A stretch of DNA of 63,936 nt, the filler included, from Octopus bimaculoides (lineage: Eukaryota): assembly GCF_001194135.2 (NCBI RefSeq). It is 4 parts of 3 records of this genome, joined end to end, with 100 filler letters (N's around TTAATTAATTAA, not from the genome) between each part and the next. Parts side by side here need not be neighbours in the genome. Positions count along the whole stretch, not along the records: positions 1 to 21,862 come from NC_068990.1; 3 more parts are not named here. One strand, given 5' to 3'. A program made the position numbers and the translations under genes. How positions within the stretch are numbered: the stretch's first letter is position 1; the number at the start of each line of letters is the position of its first letter. The notes below the pieces were generated by a model. The model did not search any database. It was not told the origin of the DNA and worked only from the letters and a program-made list of their open reading frames with translations. Shown here one piece after another: positions 1 through 12,000 of the stretch.

Positions 1-71
1 TTCTTTTTTTTTCTTTTTTATTTTTTGTTAAAAGTATTCTTTTCAACACTCCACATGATGGTGCCAAAAGC

Positions 72-1070
72 ATGTGCGAGATACTGCAAAGACAATCCTG
101 CTCTGTTTTCAGTGACGCTAATACGGTTGATCTGTCTAGTATCAGTGATGTGGTTAGCCCTCCACTAATCATATCTGACATAACTTTTAGTGCTCCTGAT
201 ATCCTAAAAGAAATAAATACGACCAAGACAACTCGGCAGCTGGTCCTGATAAGTTTCCCGGCCACTGTCCTGAAGATGTGCCGACATCGAATTGCACCAC
301 CTCTTGCTGAGTCTGGAAAAAGTCACTTGATGCAGGCTATATTCCTGATCATTTTCTTTCCCAGTCTGTCGTTTCAGTCTTCGAAAAGGGAACAAATCAC
401 TTGCAGTGAACTGCCGTCCGATTTCACTCACTTCTCATATCAGTAAAGTATTTGAGAGGGTGGTGACACCGCGAATAACTCACTTCCTCGAAAACAATAA
501 CCTACTGAACCCCAACCAGCATGGTTTCCGTGATGGCAGTGACTGCCTGTCGCAGCTTCTACCCCATTTTGATGACATCTTAAAAAGCGTTGAGAGAAGG
601 CTCCAACACTGACATCATATACCTTGATTTCAGCAAGACATTTGACAGAGGGCACCACAAAATCCTACTGTAGAAACCGTCCAACATTGAAGTCTGTTGA
701 AAGCTGCTGCAGTGGATACAGTGTTTCCTGACGAATAGAACCCAACATGTTGTGTTTGAGGGAATACGATCCAGCTCAGCCAAAGTCAGTAGTGGTGTCC
801 CACAAGGTACTGTGTTGGACCCATTCCTCTTCATTATCTACATCAATGACATAGTAAAGGTCATCAGACATACTACATTGAAAAATTTGCAGATGATTCC
901 AAAATCCAGAAATCAATAACTGGTATGGGAGACTGGACTTGCCTTCAGCCGGATCTGTTTGGGGTTGTCCAATAGGCGGAAAATAACAATATGCTTCTAA
1001 ATGACGATAAATTTGATTTGATCGACTTTGGGAAAGAGGATACTCTGATTACCATATATGTTCTTCCCTA
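72..1070 (+). mobile_element. Decayed CR1/L2/Jockey-group LINE reverse transcriptase fragment
   Basis: Frameshifted translation gives the ordered non-LTR RT motifs AGPD, CRPISLTSHISKVFERVV, LLNPNQHGFR, DIIYLDFSKTFD, SGVPQGTVLDPFLFIIYIND and KFADDSK, with several stops and frameshifts. Confidence 0.92.
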
Positions 1071-1294
1071 GAGACCAGAGACCAGAGATCTAAGTTGGAG
1101 TTTTAAATAATATATTCCTCTATACACTATCTTACAAACCCCTTTTTTATTTTTTTTATTATATATATATATATATATACGTTTATATATACACAATCGT
1201 ACGTATATAAAAATATGTGTATGTATGTATCTATGTATGTATGTATGCATATGTGTATGTATATATACATACATACATACGTATATACATATCG

Positions 1295-1656
1295 TGGCAC
1301 TCCGTGGGTTACGAGGACAAGGCTTCCAGTTGATCCGATCAACGGAACAGCCTACTTGTGAAATTAACGTGCAAGTGGCTGAGCACTCCACAGACACGTG
1401 TTTACTTAACGTAGTTCTCGGGGAGATTCAGCGTGACACAGTGTGACAAGGCTGGCCCTTTAAAATACAGGTACAAGAGAAACAGGAAGAAAGAGTGAGA
1501 GAAAGCTGCGGTGAAAGAATACAGCAGGGCTTGCCACCATCCCCTGCCGGGTGTTTTCGCTTAATAAACAGTCACAAATCCCGGTCTGAGAATTGAAACT
1601 TCGATCCTACGACCGTGAGTCCCCTGCCCTAACCACTAGGCCACTGCGCCTCCACA
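1295..1656 (-). mobile_element. tRNA-derived SINE, family A
   Basis: The reverse complement starts TGTGGAGGCGCAGTGGCCTAGTGGTTAGGGCAG (A box) with a decayed B box. It aligns along its length with the copy at 34465-34850. Confidence 0.9.
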
Positions 1657-1657
1657 T

Positions 1658-1714
<57 letters not shown>

Positions 1715-1723
1715 TACATAATA

Positions 1724-2614
1724 GAGGATGCGGTGTATATATTGTCGTCTATGTTACGCAAAAATAAAAATAACACTCACATCTCATTTTAACAGATATA
1801 TTTAACAAAATAACACAAGAAATATTTTGAAATACTAAAGAGTAAATTTATTCAATAAAATCGCCACTGGCTTCAACCACACCCTCTAGACGACTTCGGA
1901 ATCTCCTGCAACTCTTCTGGATAGTCTCCTTGTTTATGTTGATGAATGCTGCTATAGTGCTTGGTTTCACTTCATCTTTGGTGTTAAGAGGAGTTTTGTT
2001 GGTCTCTCGCTCAACTGCGCCACATATATAATAATCAAGGAGGTTGCAGTCTGGGTAATTAGGTGGCCAGATGTTAGGAGTGATGTGGTCGCAGAAATTA
2101 GCTGACATCCATGACTGTGTTCTCCTGCTTGTGTGGTATAGTGCGGAGTCCTGTTGACAGATATAGGGTCTTCCAGCAGCTATCCTTTCGACCCAGGACA
2201 ACACTACCTCCTCCAGACATTTGGTATAGGCCTCCGTGTTGAGTCTGTGTCTGGGGAGGGGGAGATAAATGGAGGTATAACGACTCCGACATTAGTGATC
2301 ATTCGAAACACCATGATGTTGACTGGGTGTTTGATTTTTATCACTCTCTGTAAATGTTTCGGGACACGGCAAGCCAACGGTTGTTCTGTGTCTTCACCAT
2401 CTGTTCGTAGTGGAACTTCTGGCGCGAATGCCAAGCAGCGCAACAAGTTCTTTCCAAATTCCTGGCAGAATGAACTGCGCCATGGGGCTGTTTTTTCTCA
2501 CAGATGGTACCCAACTGACCCTACAATACTGTGTAGTCGACAAAGTCAAAAACAAACTACGTGCATGCACGAAAATAAAATATAAAATGGCGACAACTTA
2601 CCCATCGCATCCTG
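1724..2614 (-). mobile_element. Internally deleted Tc1/mariner transposon, maT (DD37D) type, TA-flanked with degenerate TIRs
   Basis: C-terminal transposase QQDSALYH...WPPNYPDCNLLDY has 37 residues between the two aspartates. Upstream motifs QMVKTQNNRWLAV and KHPVNIMVF are present. Ends GAGGATGCGGTG..TTGTCG (1724) and reverse complement CAGGATGCGATG..TTGTCG (2614) are each flanked by TA. Confidence 0.88.
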
Positions 2615-2626
2615 TATATATGTATG

Positions 2627-2657
<31 letters not shown>

Positions 2658-2967
2658 NNNNNNNNNNNNNNNNNNNNNNNNNNNNNNNNNNNNNNNNNNN
2701 NNNNNNNNNNNNNNNNNNNNNNNNNNNNNNNNNNNNNNNNNNNNNNNNNNNNNNNNNNNNNNNNNNNNNNNNNNNNNNNNNNNNNNNNNNNNNNNNNNNN
2801 NNNNNNNNNNNNNNNNNNNNNNNNNNNNNNNNNNNNNNNNNNNNNNNNNNNNNNNNNNNNNNNNNNNNNNNNNNNNNNNNNNNNNNNNNNNNNNNNNNNN
2901 NNNNNNNNNNNNNNNNNNNNNNNNNNNNNNNNNNNNNNNNNNNNNNNNNNNNNNNTATATATGCATG

Positions 2968-3007
<40 letters not shown>

Positions 3008-4630
3008 TGTATGAATAAATAATCGCTTTATATTTGGGTATTTTCTATTTATAGTTGAAAGACTAAGGGGGAGCCTCAAGGTTGTTAATCTTTTTAGCAG
3101 ACCACAAAGAAAAACTTTGCGTTGTATTTATAACAATTTTTAATGACACGTTGAAATATTGCAAAGTCAAACAACATTTCCAGTTAATTCACCCAGTTAT
3201 AATTGTTACACCAATTAAAAAATAATAATTACTCTAATTACTCCTTTCGTCTAATTATTTTTGCACTAATTGAAAAACAATTACACCAATTACAAAAATA
3301 TGAATGCATTTTCGAAATCTCAAGATGGCGTTGAACAATTACAGAGCTTAGATTATGTTGAATACTGCCCAACGCGACGACGACGATAACAATACTGTTG
3401 TCGACATCGTCATTGTTTTATCTTTTGTTTTTTGTTTTGCCTTGACTTCGATTTTCGGTTTAACTCAAGGCTGAAAGTGAGCAGTGGAACATATGATCAA
3501 AATCATTCCTGTCGCGAATGTTCGGTCTTTTTACGAGCCTTAGGAATAGATACCTAATACGTTGTATCATTATATAAGATATGTTATAATTTGAGAAACT
3601 ATAATTTGAAAAATATTTCTCGCAAACGACCTCACAGAGGTTAGTGTAAGTCCTACACATATATACATACATTTATATACATACATATATATTTATATAT
3701 ATGATTGTGTGTGTATGCATGTATGTATTTATATTAATATATATATGTTTATATTAATATATGTGCGTGTATTTATATTAATATATATGTGTATACATAC
3801 ACAGAGATGTATAAAGATACACATATGTACATATATATCTGTATGTGAATGCATAAACATATATGAATTATATATATGTAAAAATATATACAAATATATG
3901 CAAGGGAGTATGTGTGTGTATGTGTGTGTTTGTATTATTTAAGCGTAGATTATTTCTCTGTATTTACTGCTATCATACAAGAATATTCGTTTACAAATAC
4001 ACATATTTTATGTCATGTAAATTCAGCTTGAATGTAGATTTCTTATAAAAGCCTGTGAACCAAGAAAGAATAAGCATAAACAAATTTTCATAAAGGCCAG
4101 TGTTATTATCTAAGGATCGTGCTCAGCAATGTTATAATTAAAAAACATATATTCGCAGATCATTTACGAATTCAAATATAATATGTCTTTAAATTTTCCT
4201 TTAAATCTATATCGTAGTTTCTTAGAAGATATCAGCGATCACATCTGGAATAAAATATGACCTCTGAACATTATTGTAAAAATCGAGTTTGATACTATAA
4301 GTCATAATCAAAAAGTAAATATACAATTTATGTTTAGATTTCAATACCACTATTTCTCAACAGATGAGTCTGGGAAGATTTTCCTTTTCAAAATGAAAAC
4401 AGGAAAAGAAAATAACGAGTTCGAACGAATGTATTTCTCTACAATATTATACAATCATTAAACAAATTCTATAAGACAAAATTCTATGTTTTCTCATTGT
4501 CTTCATTGACCAGCAACGGCTTATATATTCCTCATTTCTATTAACCAGATTCTTCCTTTTCTTCTTAAACTTTGCAAAATTCATATATATTGCAATGCCT
4601 CATTTAATTACAGACCTTGTATATACATGC

Positions 4631-4682
<52 letters not shown>

Positions 4683-4790
4683 GTATATGTGTGTGTGTGT
4701 GTGTATGTAGGTATATATGTATATATATACAGGCATATATGCATATATGCATATGTATCTATATATATAACTATATATTTATATATGTTC

Positions 4791-4846
<56 letters not shown>

Positions 4847-4965
4847 CTGTGTGTGTGTAGGTATATATATATGTAGGTATATATGTATATATATATATAG
4901 GTATATAACCATGTATGCATATGCATGTATATATATAGCTATATATTTATATACGTTTGTGTATG

Positions 4966-5039
<74 letters not shown>

Positions 5040-5240
5040 CGTTCGCATGCATACATATATATGTATCTGACATTTGACTGAATTTGCAAAGAATAATATT
5101 TTCATATTATTTTTATAAATAAGAAATGAATTGTTAATATATGAATGCGAAAGCGATAGTTGAATCAGTGTAAACCTACTTTTGAGCCACACTGTATATA
5201 TATGCATGTGTATATATCATTATATATTTATATATATATA

Positions 5241-5720
5241 GTAAATCTCTGAGCAATGTATAAATGGATAAAGTGGATTCTACTGCAGCGTGTGGCCCCA
5301 GGAAGACATCTCCTCCAGCTGCCTATTGCCACACTTTCAGTGTCCTATCAGTATTTGCAAAGGGAAACCATCCTTCCCATCTCCAGCCTGACGTGATACA
5401 TACGGACTCGAGTTTCTGGGTGTTGACCCGTCATCAGCGTGTGACAATCAGCGGTTGTCGATGTGAACTGGTTTCCAATGCAAATATATATATCCTTTTT
5501 CCAATGACGAAAGGTCACTGATCTCGAATAAGTGTAAACAAGCAATAATAAATCTCTGAGCGAGGTATAAACAGTAGCTGCACGACATCGCGAAGCATAT
5601 TTGCCACGTAAATGTGACTAACCCTTAAAGGTGGGTGCTACTGTAGCTTGTAGCCCCGGGAAGAACCTCCTCCAGCTGGCTATTGACAAACTTTCTGTGC
5701 CCTGTCAGTATTTGCACACA
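5241..5720 (-). mobile_element. Two tandem copies of a Penelope-type terminal-repeat (pLTR)-like element
   Basis: Shared blocks TAAATCTCTGAGC, AGCCCC.GGAAGA.CTCCTCCAGCTG.CTATTG and CAGTATTTGCA occur at 5241-5480 and 5550-5716. Copy 1 carries a hammerhead motif. A third copy lies at 13525-13755. Confidence 0.6.
5399..5443 (-). ncRNA. Minimal type I hammerhead ribozyme motif
   Basis: Minus strand reads CACACG CUGAUGA CGGG-UCAACA-CCCA GAAA C-UCGA-G UC CGUAUG. The core is intact, stem I is 5/6 bp, stem II is 3 bp, stem III is 2 bp with a palindromic UCGA loop, and the cleavage triplet is GUC. Confidence 0.7.
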
Positions 5721-6439
5721 TATATATATGTATACATACGTATATATATTTATGTATTTATACATATATATGTATGAATATATATGTGTATATATGTATG
5801 TATATATGTNNNNNNNNNNNNNNNNNNNNNNNNNNNNNNNNNNNNNNNNNNNNNNNNNNNNNNNNNNNNNNNNNNNNNNNNNNNNNNNNNNNNNNNNNNN
5901 NNNNNNNNNNNNNNNNNNNNNNNNNNNNNNNNNNNNNNNNNNNNNNNNNNNNNNNNNNNNNNNNNNNNNNNNNNNNNNNNNNNNNNNNNNNNNNNNNNNN
6001 NNNNNNNNNNNNNNNNNNNNNNNNNNNNNNNNNNNNNNNNNNNNNNNNNNNNNNNNNNNNNNNNNNNNNNNNNNNNNNNNNNNNNNNNNNNNNNNNNNNN
6101 NNNNNNNNNNNNNNNNNNNNNNNNNNNNNNNNNNNNNNNNNNNNNNNNNNNNNNNNNNNNNNNNNNNNNNNNNNNNNNNNNNNNNNNNNNNNNNNNNNNN
6201 NNNNNNNNNNNNNNNNNNNNNNNNNNNNNNNNNNNNNNNNNNNNNNNNNNNNNNNNNNNNNNNNNNNNNNNNNNNNNNNNNNNNNNNNNNNATATATATA
6301 TATGTATGTATATGTATATTTATGTATGTATATATTTATGTGTATATATATGTATGTGAAACAGAAAATTACTAAAAGAAAGAATTTCGAAAACCCCTGG
6401 TCATTAGATTTCTGACGAAAGGTCAACTATTCAAATGGC

Positions 6440-6710
6440 TTCACAAAACACTCCTTTAACACCCCACCAGCTCATAACTCCACCCCCAATCAAGTATCTT
6501 GTGTTGACCATTCACTACTTTCTTTCAGCTATTATTCATCAACCGTCTTTCACTCCCACACTGATTAACAAACCCGAATCCCACCCAAACACGCTCAAAT
6601 TCCATATATAGCATCACAAAATCCAAAATCCTCAGATCTGTTTGACAACGAATGCGCGAAAGTTCTCCAAAGTAGTTAACAAAAAAAAATGGTTTTAGAG
6701 TTCTCCACAC
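6440..6710 (+). mobile_element. Possible LINE endonuclease-end/linker fragment
   Basis: Reads ...VDHSLLSFS... and ...DLFDNECAKVL..., resembling the SDH and WFDxEC motifs of LINE ORF2. Short and decayed. Confidence 0.3.
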
Positions 6711-7751
6711 ACAAGTTAACTTACTAGTTCTATGAGCTAAAATTGATATTATTAAAGAATGTTTTAAATATTTAAATTAAACTGATTAGAATTGCCAGTG
6801 AAGTCATTCTTTTTTCTTTTTTCAAATACATATATATATATGAGAAGGGATGACCACTAAGTGGATATCCATTACGCTAGATATAGACCATCTACGGTCA
6901 AGCCACAAAAGAAAAGAATGGTCTCCAGGAAATTTATCACCCTTATTTAAATTATATATATATATATATATATATTAGTTCCGTTCTGAAAACTAAAATC
7001 TCAGAATACGCCACACGATCTTCGTTAAATAGGAATGCGAATTGGTCGATTTTATCTTTCGTTTCCCTCAAAATTCTACGCTTACGTTACTCCACAGCAA
7101 TGAGAATAACAAAACCATTTTATGAAGCGCATAANNNNNNNNNNNNNNNNNNNNNNNNNNNNNNNNNNNNNNNNNNNNNNNNNNNNNNNNNNNNNNNNNN
7201 NNNNNNNNNNNNNNNNNNNNNNNNNNNNNNNNNNNNNNNNNNNNNNNNNNNNNNNNNNNNNNNNNNNNNNNNNNNNNNNNNNNNNNNNNNNNNNNNNNNN
7301 NNNNNNNNNNNNNNNNNNNNNNNNNNNNNNNNNNNNNNNNNNNNNNNNNNNNNNNNNNNNNNNNNNNNNNNNNNNNNNNNNNNNNNNNNNNNNNNNNNNN
7401 NNNNNNNNNNNNNNNNNNNNNNNNNNNNNNNNNNNNNNNNNNNNNNNNNNNNNNNNNNNNNNNNNNNNNNNNNNNNNNNNNNNNNNNNNNNNNNNNNNNN
7501 NNNNNNNNNNNNNNNNNNNNNNNNNNNNNNNNNNNNNNNNNNNNNNNNNNNNNNNNNNNNNNNNNNNNNNNNNNNNNNNNNNNNNNNNNNNNNNNNNNNN
7601 NNNNNNNNNNNNNNNNNNNNNNNNNNNNNNNNNNNNNNNNNNNNNNNNNNNNNNNNNNNNNNNNNNNNNNNNNNNNNNNNNNNNNNNNNNNNNNNNNNNN
7701 NNNNNNNNNNNNNNNNNNNNNNNNNNATATATATATATATATATATATATA

Positions 7752-8409
7752 TGCTGTGGATGTAATCCGTCCATTAGCAGGAAAATTAACATCCACTTCA
7801 CAGGATTCACCAAAGATGCCCCTACTGGATTCCACCAGATGGTGAGTCTAGATGTGATAAGTCTGTTCACCAAAAACCCAACTGATGAAGCACTATCAGG
7901 GATTCAAGAAAAACTATTGACAGACACCCATTTAAAAGAACGTATTAGTACACCAATAGGAAACTTGATGGAAGTGTTGACCTTCTGTGTAGATACTACT
8001 TCAGAATGGACACTGATATATATCGACAAGAAGAGGGTTTAGCTATGGATCCATGACATCCGTATACCGCAAGCCATCCTTCACTGGACGATACCTCAAC
8101 TTCAGTTCTCACCATCCATACAGTGTAAAGAGAGGGATTGCTCAGTGCCTAAAATATCGAGGAAAGAATATAAGTAGCGATCCTGATACACACCACGAAG
8201 AAATGATCAAGCTAAGTAACAATATATTAAACAATAACTACCCCAAAATCAAATTATCCACTCCAATTATGAAGAAAAGAGAGACTGAAATCTCTAAAGT
8301 GACCACAGTTTGTCTACCCTACGTGAAAGGCCTCTTCGAAAAGAGACAAAAGAAATGCGGCCCATGTGACATCAGGACAGAATTCAAGAGTAATACAAAA
8401 GCAAACTGA
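7752..8409 (+). mobile_element. Penelope-like retroelement RT/thumb fragment with internal deletion
   Basis: MVSLDVISLFT, a decayed GLAMGSP (GGTTTAGCTATGGATCCA), then directly TSVYRKPSFTGRYLNFSSHHPYSVKRGI and VCLPYVKGL. These are PLE-typical motifs. Confidence 0.88.
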
Positions 8410-8471
8410 GGGAACTTCTGGGCTGACAGCACACAGGCCTAACTTGTACCGGATGTTGCCTTTTTTTTCGG

Positions 8472-8765
8472 GACAAGAGTGCTTATGAAAGTAAGAAGCC
8501 TGCTTCCAAACAATGTGGTCTGGAGTTCTGACCCATTGTACGGTACCTTCAGCAAGTATCTTCTACTATATCGACGATTTGACCCAAAGCCTTGTGATTA
8601 CATTACATAGACTGAAACTAAAATGAAGCGGTTCGGCAAAAAGAGAACGACAGAACTAACAGGTTAAAAAATAAATGAGTACATGGGTCTATTTGTCCTA
8701 CTAAAATCCGTCAGGCAAGTGCTGCAGCATAGCCGTAATACAGTGACTGAAACAAACAGAAGATA
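8472..8765 (+). mobile_element. Degraded SINE family B copy
   Basis: GTAAGAAGCCTGCTTCC...GGTACCTTCAGCAAGTATCTTCTACTATA...GACTGAAAC matches the other family B copies, with deletions. Confidence 0.7.
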
Positions 8766-9783
8766 AACGATACAACGGAACTCTGACGACATCGATTTTG
8801 GACTCATTTTCTATTAACCATATTGGGTGTATANNNNNNNNNNNNNNNNNNNNNNNNNNNNNNNNNNNNNNNNNNNNNNNNNNNNNNNNNNNNNNNNNNN
8901 NNNNNNNNNNNNNNNNNNNNNNNNNNNNNNNNNNNNNNNNNNNNNNNNNNNNNNNNNNNNNNNNNNNNNNNNNNNNNNNNNNNNNNNNNNNNNNNNNNNN
9001 NNNNNNNNNNNNNNNNNNNNNNNNNNNNNNNNNNNNNNNNNNNNNNNNNNNNNNNNNNNNNNNNNNNNNNNNNNNNNNNNNNNNNNNNNNNNNNNNNNNN
9101 NNNNNNNNNNNNNNNNNNNNNNNNNNNNNNNNNNNNNNNNNNNNNNNNNNNNNNNNNNNNNNNNNNNNNNNNNNNNNNNNNNNNNNNNNNNNNNNNNNNN
9201 NNNNNNNNNNNNNNNNNNNNNNNNNNNNNNNNNNNNNNNNNNNNNNNNNNNNNNNNNNNNNNNNNNNNNNNNNNNNNNNNNNNNNNNNNNNNNNNNNNNN
9301 NNNNNNNNNNATATATATATTTACATATATTTCATAAGTTGCCTTTATATTTTATATCATTTTTAGTATTATTTCCGGTATCTTTCCAAACTTATTTATT
9401 TCGTGAATTTTATAAGTGGTTTTTCATGCCATTTCAGACGTCATTCGACGATGTGTCTCCATCTTGCACACGTGTGGAGAAATATCGCCTTGGGTCTTGT
9501 CAGCATACAATGTATTAATATCTACTTACTTCTTACAAGTATTATATGTGTGTTTGTGATCCAATATAGACGCTTTCACATATATAGTTATTTAGTTGAA
9601 TATATATGAGTGCTTATGCATGTTATTATGTATGTACATACGAACATTATGTATACATATAAATAGATAGATATATACATACATGCATACATACATATGT
9701 AAGTGTATATATTTGCTGCATGTATATATATATATATATGTATATATATGTTTGTATGTATACATACATATACATAAAAGCAG

Positions 9784-9856
<73 letters not shown>

Positions 9857-10729
9857 NNNNNNNNNNNNNNNNNNNNNNNNNNNNNNNNNNNNNNNNNNNN
9901 NNNNNNNNNNNNNNNNNNNNNNNNNNNNNNNNNNNNNNNNNNNNNNNNNNNNNNNNNNNNNNNNNNNNNNNNNNNNNNNNNNNNNNNNNNNNNNNNNNNN
10001 NNNNNNNNNNNNNNNNNNNNNNNNNNNNNNNNNNNNNNNNNNNNNNNNNNNNNNNNNNNNNNNNNNNNNNNNNNNNNNNNNNNNNATATATATATATATA
10101 TATATACATACACACATACATACATTTGTCCGTAGTCATTACTTACTGTGCATTATACTCTGTATTATTAATCATCAGGGAAGATTGGTTTAGGTAATTG
10201 TCGGAGGAAAAGAAGACTTTAGACTAGCGACCAGTTGCTCTCCTCGCGGGCTACGACGATGTCGGTCGTGCGATGGTGCCAAAAGTCATAAAATAATCAA
10301 TATCGAAGTATTATTTCCAGCCGGTTTCCATCGCTAGCAAAATTGGTTACCGTTCAATAGTAAATTATCAAAAGGTAACATTTAGAAATATATTCATTGT
10401 TATAATGGCTGAAGTATTCCAGTCAGCAACTTTTAACTTCGGTTTGACCAGACAACGGCGAGGACAACTCTGTCTAGATATAGATTTTAATGTCTCAATT
10501 GTGTCTACTTATACGGTAAAAATAAGTCAATTGCTTCAATAAACAATATCAGATTAACTAAGGTCGTTAATGTCAACGAATCAATTATCAAGATGATGTG
10601 TATTGAGGTCGTCTCTCTCTCTATCTCTCTATCTCTCTCTCTTTCTCTCTGTCTCACTCCTCCTCCTCACTCTCTCAACTAAAACATTTCCTTGGTGTTG
10701 GAATTTAAAAAAAGACATTGGACTATTGG

Positions 10730-10975
10730 ACTCTACAACGACCGCTACTGCTACAACTACTTTAAATGACGGTGATGACAATGATGACGAACATCATGAT
10801 GCTGATGACACTTCATTATCATCATCACCAACACCGCCATCACCAACACCATCATCATCATCATCATCATCATGAGAAGGAGGAGGAGGGTGGGGATGAC
10901 GGTGACAACAATGATAATGATGATGCTGATGCTGCAGATTATGATGACGATGATGGTGATGATGAAGTTCTTATC
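10730..10975. repeat. Compound trinucleotide (GAT/CAT/GAG) low-complexity tract
   Basis: Direct reading of the sequence; it produces spurious poly-D/H/S/M ORFs. Confidence 0.9.
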
Positions 10976-11079
10976 CAACATATGTATGAGGCTCCAAACG
11001 TTTGATGAAATGACAATTCAAGCAAATGAATCTTAGTCACTGATGTTTATGAATTTAGTTTTCTTTGACTTGAGAAAGA

Positions 11080-12000
11080 GATCGAGTTTGGCCGCAGCAT
11101 TCTCATGGTGTGTCAGCGAGTTTTATGCATTATACAGTTGTTGAACAGTGAGGACAGGATGATCAACCTGGTCGTTGTCAAAGAGATAAATATTCTGCTG
11201 ACTCCTTGATTGCTTATGTTTTATGATGAAGTCTTTGTCATAGCTGGAGTCAAAACTTTGCCAACAGATATTGTCCACTATGATCACAGATATATAAGGA
11301 ACTTTGGCGCCTCCTTAGCAAATTTTTTGCTGCTGTTTGAAACATCCTAGTTGTACTGGCTCTGCTTTGTATAAAACATGGTAGGTTATCGTGCATGATA
11401 TTCATGAGTTTGACAATCTTATATGGGTTACCATAGTACAAAGGATATATATGTAAGATGCCTTTTTTTTTATAGACACGACCAAATGCTTTGCAAAAAT
11501 TCATAAATAAGATTGGTTCTTTTTGCTTGCACATTCTGAGCTCTCGTATAAATGTTTCAAATGCCAAGAATCTGTAGTAGTACTGACCTGGCTTTGTGAA
11601 TGTCGTTTTGGTTCTGTCTTAGGATGCGGTCCATGTGAATTCAAATTCTATTAAGAAACATAGAAATAATAGATTTTTAGACAAGATATTAAAGTGTGAT
11701 TCCTCTATAGTTCGGAACGAGATGATTGATCTCATTTCTTTGAGAATGAAATGAATGAAGATTTCCTGTAGTTTGTTGGCTTGTTTTTATTTTAGTAATG
11801 TATAAGTTTAAAAGATATTTAAAGGAGAATTAACTTTTTCAGATAACAGTTATTGGGCTCAGTGGGGGCCTATTTCTTAACCTTCAGCAATATTCTAAGC
11901 TTTTCTATGGTGAATGGATTGGCCTCAATTGGCAGGTTATCTGCAACTTTGTGGTTGAAGAAAATATCGTGGTCAAGTGTGGATTTGCGTAGATCTGCTT
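11080..12000 (-). mobile_element. Decayed RTE-group LINE reverse transcriptase fragment
   Basis: Minus-strand translation gives NLPIEANPFTIEK, GFTKPG...LAFETFIRE, LFMNFCKAFGRV and YGNPYKIV in RT motif order. Many stops. Confidence 0.75.

Noticed and set aside
10200-10600. CpG-rich unique region with Hox/Pbx-like motifs (GTCATAAAA, ATAATCAAT)
   Set aside because: Single short AT-rich motifs are expected by chance; not supportable without conservation data.
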